Source of the DNA: Phoronis australis
Taxonomy: Eukaryota > Animalia > Phoronida
DNA length: 64,000 nt
Assembly: GCA_002633005.1 (NCBI GenBank)
Contig: NMRA01000948.1
Span: 1 to 64,000, forward strand
Direction: 5' to 3'
This document shows, in pieces, positions 53,266 to 64,000 of the stretch. A model generated the notes under the pieces. It was given only the letters and a program-made list of their open reading frames with translations. It was not told where the DNA came from and did no database searches. The first letter of the stretch is position 1; the number at the start of each line of letters is the position of its first letter. The position numbers and the translations under genes are program-made.

Positions 53266-56200
53266 AGCACAGCAACAGAAGAGAGAAAAGGCAATCAGTC
53301 AACCGATTAATATGTATATTTGAAGTTTGGTCCCATGTCCTATCAGAATGCTTGTCGTTTTTTGACAAAAACGGCGATATTTACGCACTGAAGCTGTTGT
53401 GTTAATACATTATATTTCTATGCTTTTTAGCTCTGTATCACTCTACACTCTTATTTCTCTTGCTCCAATTCACAGACGTGATGTTTCTGGGTATTGGGTT
53501 CCCCTTGTTGTAAGGTTTAGATATATATGAGCCACTTTTTTCATTCTGGATTATTAGCAGCTGTGGATCTGATGAGGAAAGTTAAGTGATATTACTGAAA
53601 TCGTAGAAATCTCAAAATCACAATTCAGCTGAAGACCAGGCCGCAACCACCAAACTTTATTTCAGACTCGCTCGATTTGAAAGTGGACCAATGAAACAGC
53701 AGAACATTTGGAAGTTTACAAAAAGCACGTCACACGATTGGTCACAAGTAAAGTTTGGTGATTACGTGCCCAAATGTTTGAAGCATAAGTGTGGTTTTAT
53801 AATTGCTCATGGATAAGATATCAACCTCTGGCTTTCTTAGAGCATTTATAGGTCCACCGCAGACCGGGAGAGCTACAGGCTTAGCTGTCTGTCTCAAGTA
53901 AAGGATAGCTGAGGTGACAGCTCATGTCAGGAGGGAAAAATAGAACAATTGAACGAAATAGCCACAAATTATCAATTGTTCAGGATTTGGTGTGACCTGC
54001 AGCTGGGCTGTTGTTTATTTGAGGTCGAAAGTTCATCTTATGACTCTAGTCTATGTTGGACCTGATGTTAGCATTTACCTAAAGGAAATGAAAGTTCTTG
54101 GTAGCAATTAGCTTACGGTAATTCTTTGTGCATTTAGAACAAAAAAGTCCAGCACGCATGATTCGACTTTTGTTGTTGCTAAGAAATTGAACCATGTGCA
54201 CTGATTCGTGGCAAAATCACAACTTGTCGGGAAGTATTAAATGTTTGATCGAAAAAAATTTTGTCGCGGCTTGTTGTACACCATGTGTGCTTAATGCCCA
54301 TTATTTGTCAAGAATAAGGTCAAACTCAGGATTTCGGTTGTAATGAAAAAAATAACTTGCTGCCATTCTTGAGCTGGACATGACAAGTATGCTCTATGTC
54401 GTATCCTAGTTCCTTATCCCAGTGTTTTATCATTTTGATAATTTTACTCTAAGACGATGTGAATGTCTCCGTCTCACGCCTCCGTCTCGATAAAAATAGT
54501 GTGTGTGTTGGTTCAATTGCCACAATTTGTCTCTTGATAAAAAATCGTGCGGCCCCCCAACAAAAATTGTATCGTGTTAAAGTAAAAGACAATATGCCAC
54601 GAGACAGAAGTGCCGTCAAAAGGTAAAATTTCACTTTAATAACCAGAAGTGTCTGGTAAAAGCAGTGTCCTGATTAACAGACAAGTAAGTATGGACCTTT
54701 AAAATCGAACATATCAGCAGAACAGAGATCCGAGACCAAAATGTATTGCCCCGCCCACTTTACAGAATATCCTTTCCCAGCAAGAAACTCTAGTCTATCA
54801 AAACCCCCGTTACACCTCCCCATTCCTTTACGTCTCTGTGGCAAGAGACATCGAAATCATAGCTGCTTCTATTTCTTAAATTCCAGATTGTGTAGTTGAT
54901 TCGCACTTTCAAGTGAATACGTACGTTGCATGTCGAGGCCTCTAGAGATATCTCCACCAGGAGAGGATTTATCTTTTTCCGTTGCAGGGGGTTCTCAACT
55001 CTGTAGTTTTATGCACCTATTTTCAGAGCAGATATGATGGTAGTTTAAGTGTGACATCATGCTTTACACTGAGACACTGAAACTTATGAAACACAGGAGT
55101 CATGTTGGTGTGAAAGCTGACATTTGTTGCAATACATATGGAATTTCAAATGTTGTGCTTTAGACATGTGTAATACCTCAAACGTATTCAGTTTATTCCT
55201 AGGTTTTTCTCCGAGTCTGAAATTAGCGACAATGTAAGTACCCTACTATTTTTGATGCTATAGTACGTAGAATATCACCAGTTTTTATGCCGTCTGTATG
55301 CCTCTGTCTTGGTTATCAACGAATTTGATCTTTAGTTTTTGTCTGCAATTTGCACATTTTTGTAATAATTCACTGTTTACATGGGTGATACTTAGTTATA
55401 GTAGTTGGTGTGTGTGTGTAACTATATTTTTAGCAATTTAGTATTATATGGTGAACTATTTTATACTGTATTTGGCCTATACAATAGTTGGTGTTTGTAA
55501 TTATATTTTTAGCAATTTAGTTTTGTTCAGAACTATTTTATCCTGTACTTGGCCTATTCGCCCACATGTGTCTGCAATAAAGTTTATCTAATCATATCGC
55601 AAACAGTGCCTGTTCTACAGCCTCTACTACAGCAGTAGGCAAGTACACAACATCCCCCTCCCCCGCAATAAGTTTATCTGTGTTAAGAGCGGTCCACAGA
55701 CAGACTTCCCTAGAACAAGCTAACTCTTGGAACGAGTTGTCGCTAGGTTTTCAGGTTGTCTGGAGGCTATTTTCCCAATTGTAACGACTTACTCTGTGAG
55801 CAACATAGTGTCCAAGCTGACTGTAAACATTTGCAACCTGTGAGGGACACTGCTAAGGCTATGAATATAGTATTAGCCACTGAGAATTTTGCCCTTCATT
55901 TGCACCCCAGCAAACTGCCAAATGGAAGCCGGGAGAATTTTATGGAGGGCCATGGCCCCCTTGGCCCCCCTCTAAATCTGCCACTGACATCAAAATACTT
56001 TGTGTACTAAACAATATTTTAAATGCATTCTTAGTTTTCACTTTAAACTGAAAAATATCTGATTACCATACTTTATGTTACGGCAGGGTCAAATGTTCTG
56101 GAAAGAAATTTGTACTACCTAGGGGAAGAATCCCACAGCCGCACAACTTAATTACCTACTAAAATCTGACGGGTGACAGAAATTCTGCTTGAAGCTTTGA

Positions 56201-56293
56201 ACACGGTCTCTTCAGGAAGTATTCCTGTCTCTTGCGATGAACACTCGATCGGATCACTCTTAGGTGTACATGTAGCTATTTCCCCTAGGCGTT

Positions 56294-56341
56294 TCCCACT
56301 AGCTGCTACCCGTGCGAAAGCATGGGTCACGGCTAGTGGGA
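56294..56341. other. Strong hairpin resembling a Helitron 3' terminus
   Basis: TCCCACTAGC-tgct-ACCCGTGC-GAAA-GCATGGGT-cacg-GCTAGTGGGA. Confidence 0.55.
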
Positions 56342-56897
56342 GCTTAAAACCGAAACTTTGAAACTTTCAGCATTAGGCGTTAAGCAGAACACGTCAGTTT
56401 ACCCAAACAAGTATGTTATACCTATAGACAATTTTGAAATCCAGCTAAAAACCCTTGCAAAGACGTGCAGAAATCATTTGACAGACAAAAACACCCACGG
56501 AAACGCAAACCATGGGGGTTCTCCCATTGGAAGGGTGAGCAAAAATGTTCAGTCAAGAATAGTGTACGTCTTTTTGATATGACAGTTCCTCTCAAACAAA
56601 AGTGTAACAGGAGCGCCCCCTAATGATGAGTCCTCTGCTGCACTGTTTGGTATTTCCACCTCATATCAGTCTCGTGGTGGTGTTGGGTTCCTGGACATGA
56701 TCAAATTTGGCCATAGTATGGATAAAGCTTAAGGAACGTTGGGCCTCACTGCATCACATTCATGCTGGTGGGTCAGTTTTAGACTTAAGACTTTCTGTTA
56801 CACAGCTTGCAGTTGCACTGATACAACCAAATGACGTTTTGCTTTTCATCCATCAACCATAATATGTGATCATAAAATACAACATGTAATCGTGACA

Positions 56898-57058
56898 GGA
56901 TGAATGTTCATACCTGCCACCGTTACATAGCATAGGGGATGAATGTTCATACCTGGCACCGTTACATAGCATAGGGGATGAATGTTCATACCTGGCACCG
57001 TTACATAGCATAGGGGATGAATGTTCATACCTGGCACCGTTACATAGCATAGGGGATG
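56898..57058. repeat. Minisatellite, 39-bp unit x4
   Basis: Unit GGATGAATGTTCATACCTGGCACCGTTACATAGCATAGG. It explains ORF 56853-57080. Confidence 0.95.
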
Positions 57059-60000
57059 GAGCAGTGAAAATCATGAGCAATAAGCCAACATTGAAAGACA
57101 GTGGACAAGATTTACCAGCTATTTACAGTGCCTCCTCGCAAGTAACTGCCATCAGGTGGTGTTGGATAACCACCAAGGACCACACACTGGCAAACATATG
57201 ACACAAACCCTCCCGCCAGTACCGAGACAAAGGGCCCACAACGGGCTTGAAAACTAGGTCCGCAAACACTAACAGGTTGCCGATAGGTAACTACTCTAAC
57301 CCTCACCATCTTTTCAATTTCCCACTGCAGTCAATTGGTTGGTTTTCAAGCCCCAAAAATCTGATAATGGCTTGGAATCCACCTCAATGATTATCACATG
57401 TTTAAGGTCTGAAAACCAACCTACTGACCTCCTTGATGGTCAGGTAGTAAAGCACCACATCATATTTTACGACTTGCTTATAAATACAGAGGCTCACAGT
57501 CACAAAGCACCAGGCTGGAAGTCAAATACCCGTAATGAAACAAGCCTGTGATGGAATCTCTGCTTAGTTGGCTCCTATCCCAGCATTGTCGGAATAAAGG
57601 CATAATATAACGTTCATAGGCAGGTAGCACAGAGAGGGGTACCATTTCTCAATACAATGGTATAAATTCGGGCTGCTTTTTCCCATTTTGGAATAAATTT
57701 GGGGAGTCGTTTTAAATTAAAATAGGTACAAAAGGGGGTTGAAAGTCACTATTTTCACTTGACATTATTTTAGTTTGGTAATTCTCTGTATGGTATAAAT
57801 ATCAGCATGATTTTGAATAGGCAGCAAAATCAACTAGCAACATCTAATCTTTAGTGACTACTTAAGAAGTCCCTTTGAACCTTATATCAATAGGATTGAA
57901 AATTTGTCACAAAATTAGCTCTAGTTAAAAACATACAGTAATTTCACACCAAAAGAATTGCCAAAATTCCCATTTTCTAATTTATAAGTGAAAAATTATA
58001 AATTTCGGAAGTAGGCGATAAGCCAAATACTTGAATTGACCTCGACAAGTATGGTTAAATTTAGAAAAGTGGACATTAGCAAACCTCTTTTTTATTTTGG
58101 CAGTCACTAAAAGCCATCTACATTACATGTTTTTAAAATCTCATAGTTAACACTAGTGCGTGTGACATGCCTTATTCGCAAGAGATTGACGCCTAAGTTT
58201 AGAAACCTCAGCAGCATTTTTCAGAATTTCCCATGCAAAAATTTGAAACATTTCAATATGTCGCCACAACTTCGTATCCTGCAATGCAACTGAGACACCT
58301 TCAGAAAAATGGTGTCAGCTTCATTAACAATATCTTTGCGGCTTTAGATTAGAATACGCACCAACCAGACATAAACCATTGAAGTATCCACGGCAACAAG
58401 GCATAATTTTTCACTTGCAACCTGCAAGTACATTTATACTATAGAGAACATCGGCCATGGCATAGGCTTCTGGTGCGTTTGTTTGGCAATTACAAGCTAG
58501 GCTTTCGACACATTTGGGCTTTCAATTGCAGAGAGCACTGATATTTGTACGAAAATAAATTTTGTCTTCTCATCTTTTTTTCTAAATAAGACATGACTAG
58601 TCAATCAATGACGGATGATATTTAGTTCTCAGCTTCTAGATGAATATCTAGTCAGTTAAATTTTATATTTAGTACACATTTGTCTAGAAGCTCTGAGTTG
58701 CTGATATGGTAAGTTACTGGAAACCAGAAGGACCATTCAGAATAATGTCTCATATATCAGATCAGATTCACATGACACTTTCATAAACTAAACTATGTAT
58801 GCAGCTTTATATCATCAAGGCAGAAATACGCTATTAGGAGTTGCTTTAAAATCTTAAAATGTTCCACTTTTACACTAGGGACAATCACAAATAATATAAC
58901 TTCTATGATTTTCATGAAAAAAATTAATGTTGTATAAAAGAAAAATCTTAGAAAACTGCAACAGGATTTTTTAGATCTCGTCTGGAACATTTATATCAAA
59001 TAAAATCTGATCATGTTATTGATTCTGTTTTGAAATCAAAGTACTTTTTTGCTAAATTTTAGTAAAAAGACTTGGTCATGTTAGCCAATATTAAATACAG
59101 ATTGGTAAAATATCAAAAATCAAATTCTACAGGCATTCTAATAATAGATATATTTGGTGAAATACACAGATTTGTCAATAAGGTTTTAACTAACCTTAAA
59201 ATAGTTGAAGCATTCCAGTGCTGCAGTTACCACAACAAAATGTGGTGTCCTTAAAATTTTCACTTCATGTTTCTGTATTTCAGAGGCTCAATTTACCACA
59301 GATGCAAACTCTCAAAATTTTACTAAATATTGTTTGGTAATGGTTACGCCAAACAAATCATGCTAAAAGCAAAGTAAATTTTCCAGTAAAGTTATTTTTA
59401 GAGGAATTTCACCAAATGAAATTTTACCCATCCGCCACAATTGTGTCCCAAACTGAGTAATGTTTTCCCCTAAAATTCCTCTGAACAGATCAAAAATACC
59501 ATACTCCCCCTATGAAGCATAATGGATTGACCTAAATTTGACCCAACCCAACAACCTCTTTTGCAATGCTGACATTGTCCCCTGAAACAGGCTGCGCAGT
59601 AAATAAGCCTATAGTTGAGAAATCTGCTGGATATTAGGACAAAGATATTTTGCTACTCTACCACCATATAGTGGCTTGTCAAGTTTCTATTTTACACACC
59701 AGTTTCTACTGAATCCTTCCAAGGTTTATACCTCTAAGTCTACCACAGGTAAGTTACTTTTGATCAGTGTAAGTGAACCTGAAGGCTTGTTTAACTGTTA
59801 ACTGAATACCAAGGCTAATTTCAGCTTACTTAAAGGAAATAGGTTTCTACACACAAACACAGGAACATGGACTAATCCTGACCAGTCAATACATCAGCTA
59901 CTGTGCGTTAGATTAAGGGCAGAGTGCCCAAGAGCAATGGTGTTCACCATAGGTGCTTGTATACAGAACAGGCAATAGTATAATAAGATATTGCAGAGCA

Positions 60001-61258
60001 ACCTACAAAAGTTAATCCACTCTGCAAACACTATAACTACAGTTCCTTATCAGAAACCTAGACACATGGTCACATGATTGGCCAAAACCTTGATTTGACT
60101 CTGCAGTTTTTGCAAATACTATAGCCTTAAACAGACAGATGTGCTGTTTGCAATGAGTCATTTTCGTCAATATGTAGTTGTTTTTTTCATCACTCATTTC
60201 ACTGTAAAAGCGGGACTTAGTGTCATGGGAAACCACATTCACTCTATGCAAACTCCTGAATGCAACACCTACTAGGCATAGTTGAAAGTGTCCAGGCGTG
60301 CGTTTTGTAGACCTAGTTTCTAGCGAGAAAAGCAAGAACTCGCAAGACTTTGCAAGATATCACCTTGTATTGAAAGCAAAGCACACGAGTCTTACTCATG
60401 AAGTCGAATTTTGGATGAAAAGCTCAATTTCAGCTTATGTTATAAATTTACACTTGACCAAAAATTCTAAGGTGTCTGAGAATTAGATTTTATGTAAAAT
60501 ACACACAAAACCAAAAAAAAACTATTGCTGAACCCAAAGACTTTGGGTTTGTCAATGAATGGTGATGCGTACTTTGGTAACATGACTTCATTGTTCTAGG
60601 GCTATGTCTACACTAATAACTCTGCATTTTACAAATGAAAGCACTTGATCATGAAACAGTTATTTCAACAATCAATTTTTTACTGGTTTCACATCTTCGT
60701 TAATGGTTACATGGGTCCTCCAAGTCCACGTACTTAATCAAATATCAACAGAACTATAGAATTCAATTGTGTAAAAATACAAAATTTCAGCTCGTTAAAA
60801 GCTTGCAGAATTCTATTTTTACTCAACGAAGTTGCCAGTAAACGGGTCTCATGACGTTTTTTCTTAAAATTTAAAAACGGTGAAAACAAAAATGGTACAT
60901 TAATTTTTAAAAAATGGTGTCAACAACATGACACAAATTGTAATATGTTCAAACTGTTATCATCTTTTTAGTTATCTTAGTTTCATTTTAATGCAACTTT
61001 CGAGTTTTTTCAAGTTCCTATTTTTGATAGTCCCGCATGCCAAAATTGAACACTTTAAAAGAATTCCTATTAGTGATTTGGAAAACAGAGCATTACATGA
61101 TAGTTTGTGAAAGTTTCATTGGAATCCCAACAGCCAAGATGACCAAACTTGCACATTTTGCCAGGGTTTCGCAAAACCTTAATTTTGTTTCATTTTCTCT
61201 TAACCTGTATTTGAGCAATACGTTTCACGTTTTCACTGCCGTCCTTTGCTTTTTCAGT

Positions 61259-63350
61259 ATGGAGAATAAGCCACAAACAGATGAACTACCCCCGTCTTAT
61301 CAACAGAGCTCAGGGGAGCCAGCACCACAACCAGCTGGATATCCCTCTAGCCAAGGCTACCCAACTCAGCCGCAAGGATACCCAACCCAACCCCAGGGAT
61401 ACCCAACCCAACCTCAGGGATACCTAACTCAACCTCAGGGATACCCTGCCCAACCCCAGGGATACCCACCCCAGGGTCAAGGATATCCACCACAAGGTAA
61501 GCAGATCGGAGACTCATAAAAAGATTCTATACTGGCAGTTTTTAATTTGCAAATTATGGTTTGTCAGAACAGAAAAGGAAATGTGAACGGAAGAGGGCAT
61601 TCAAGCAAGCATGCAAACCCCGAAAACATTGCAAAGAAAAATAATGACTGCAAATGAAGTGTTTTGAGTGACGTGAAGAGAAACAAACTTTATTTAAAAT
61701 GCACCTACTGTACAAGACGGAAGTGATCAGACAAAATACCATTTCCCCGCCATGACGACTAATTCTGTTATCAACAAAAATGACTGGTTATAATTATTCA
61801 GACAACAAAATTCTAATTGCAGTATCTATCAAGTCGCTTTCCCATTAAAAGCAAAACTTTGCTTTTGCAGAAGTTTCGTTAAGTGCATGAGAACTCTGGC
61901 AGTTAATCTGCAAGCGAAACTTCACTTCAAATAGGATTTAAATGTGAAGCTTCAGTACTCGGCATATCTGATGAAGAATGACTCTGGTCATTTCCATAAA
62001 CACTCATAAATGGCAGGTAAACAATTTTCACCTAGCCTCGAACTCACTACTCAATATACACCGAAGTTCCCCTGATGGCAATAAGTCATGAGGAAAGACT
62101 AATCAGAGGATGAATTTGGCTTCTGCCCACTCGGCATGACGGGGAATTTCGAGTCATTTTGTCCGAATGCTTTTGGCTTGTACTGAAAATCTATATTTCT
62201 TTGAATGAAATTGGTAAAACTGTGCGTTTCAGTGGTTTATGCCCAGCCAGGAGGTATGCCCTCAGTGGCAGCACCGTTGCGCTTCACGCAGAATCCATTA
62301 CGTATGAAGTGTATGTACTGCGACCAGGATATAGTCACCGAGACTCAATTCAAAGTGGGAATGATGAACTGGGCAGTAGCTGGTGGTGTTTGTCTTGCTG
62401 GATTAGCCTTGTAAGTAACAGTGGCCATTTTATGATATCGTGTAAAAATGCTGAATGAACTGTGTAGTTATACGATAAGAGCGTCGGACATTTTTCATTG
62501 CCATACACAGTTCGCCTGTGTCTTCAATCGATATTTAATGCAGTGAGGTTTCTTTGCAATAATTCTTACCTATCACCAGGATTTTGAGTGACAGCTTAAC
62601 TGACTTATCAGAAAGCATCATTCTTGACACACCTTCGTTTCTGTATGTTAGGGAACCAAAGAACTGAGATGACTTGTAAGCATCGCAAGAACTCAATGGA
62701 TTGACATGGTTTGTGTTCATAATGACAGTAGATCATAGCTAAAGCGGAAAGCAATGGGTTTACTTGTTGCCTTTAGCAAGAATACAAATCCCCGGTTACT
62801 ATAGAGATATTTTTCTGTGTAAATTACCACTCCCTTGGCATTGATCTCCAATCCACAGAAAGTGGTTCTCTATTCACTCCCATTGAGCAAACACACATGA
62901 CCGTCAGACACTATTCAATAGCGAGTACAGCCCAGGGAATAGGACATAGTGTTTGCAGAATAAAGAAAAAAAACAAAACAAAGATATGGACCTTCAGCTT
63001 TTCCGTTCATGTCGCATTCTAATGTCAGTACAATAGGACAACGGCACCCCTGCTCATTGAAAAACACCCTCCTCTGGTCAAAACTGATTTCGATTTCGCA
63101 CTTGCAACCAGCTCCGTATTACAAATTGCCTCCAATTCATTTCTGTTTACCTCAGGGAAACAGGAAGGAAATGAACAGTTGCCTATTGTCAGACCTCGTT
63201 ATAATTATTTGATCTTAATTGTTTTTAAGCGTGGGCATCACATGGCTAGGCTGCCAGTTTATACCGCTGTGCATTAATGGACTGAAAGATGTGGAGCATA
63301 TCTGTCCCAACTGTAAGAAGCTGATAGGCGTGTATCAGAGGATGTCCTAG
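61259..63350 (+). CDS. LITAF/CDIP1-family protein 3 (178 aa)
   Basis: Exons 61259-61496, 62233-62410 and 63230-63350 (AAG acceptor). PPSY motif, GYPTQPQ repeats, CMYC...WLGCQFIPLC...DVEHICPNC. Confidence 0.93.
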
Positions 63351-64000
63351 ACATGTAATGGGCAGATCCATACTCGACCCACCCTGACACATCATCGCTG
63401 AGCCAATGAACGCACAGAGGACTATGACAAACTACTGTCCCTTAAAGTCACACGTTGCAATAGAGCCTTCTATATATCCATTTTCAAACATACTAATATG
63501 CTCCGAAGTAAGCTCAGCTACCATCAATGTAGAAGGACTTTGGATATGATTTTTTATAAGGAGGGGGTCGACTCTTAGGGACAAACATTGGGAGGGCATG
63601 AGACTCTTCTGTTACAGAAATTAAAAGTGACCAACCTGGGGATCCCGAACACTGACCTCCCACTGGATTCATGTCTTTGGAGCCATTGAGAAGTTAGAAG
63701 TATCTTTAACAAAGGTCCAACTAAAAAATCTATGGCTAGACTTTCTTATTAATTGTAAACATGGCATGAGCCTTTCCTTACATTTCATAAGCATGGTCAA
63801 GCTGAAAGCCTGTAATTAGATAACCAAGTACTTCAAACTATGATAAATCAAGTTTGCATGCACGAGAAAGAGAAACCTTTATTTTATTTCAATTACAGAA
63901 GCTACCATTACATATTGCGTGAAACTACAAGTACTGTCAACCTGATACAAAATATCTGGAGGCTCCTCCCAGTAAAGTGGCAACCTGACACAAAATATCT

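Noticed and set aside
53569-53612. CTGATGA...GAAA hammerhead-like words in the LITAF-2 3' region
   Set aside because: Stems II and III do not pair.
57097-57185. GCCTCCTCGC resembling an HDV-like ribozyme L3
   Set aside because: P1 and P3 are mismatched, and the GG needed for P1.1 is absent.
57307-57420. Exon-like - strand segment with AG/GT borders
   Set aside because: Stops in all three frames and no recognisable family.
61968-62002. CTGATGAAG followed by an AATGAC/GTCATT stem (hammerhead-like)
   Set aside because: The required GAAA is replaced by CATAAA, and no stem I/III was found. At most a dead relic.

Overview
This is AT-rich eukaryotic genomic DNA from an invertebrate metazoan, with spliced genes and many transposon relics. 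All gene models were built by hand from GT-AG sites and phase matching. From left to right it holds: (1) two tandem + strand paralogs with a 'short-chain collagen C4'-type Cys-rich C-terminal domain, apparently nested antisense in a >13.6 kb intron of (2) POLD1 on the - strand (15 coding exons, about 710 codons, 3' part outside the window); (3) three LITAF/CDIP1-family genes on the + strand; (4) between LITAF-1 and LITAF-2, a candidate - strand gene missing from the ORF track. It is built from 26/25/23/19/45-nt exons that splice in frame to a 45-aa microprotein I do not recognise, with a candidate box C/D snoRNA in intron 2. (5) Head-to-head with it lies a pogo-transposase-derived DNA-binding gene whose DDE domain survives only as a decayed relic after the stop codon. 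Repeats include a MULE-like foldback element with a 9-bp TSD, Kolobok-like and hAT-like MITEs, a Helentron-type element, tRNA-derived SINE heads and several minisatellites, one of which duplicates a splice donor. No database searches were possible, so family calls rest on motif recognition.
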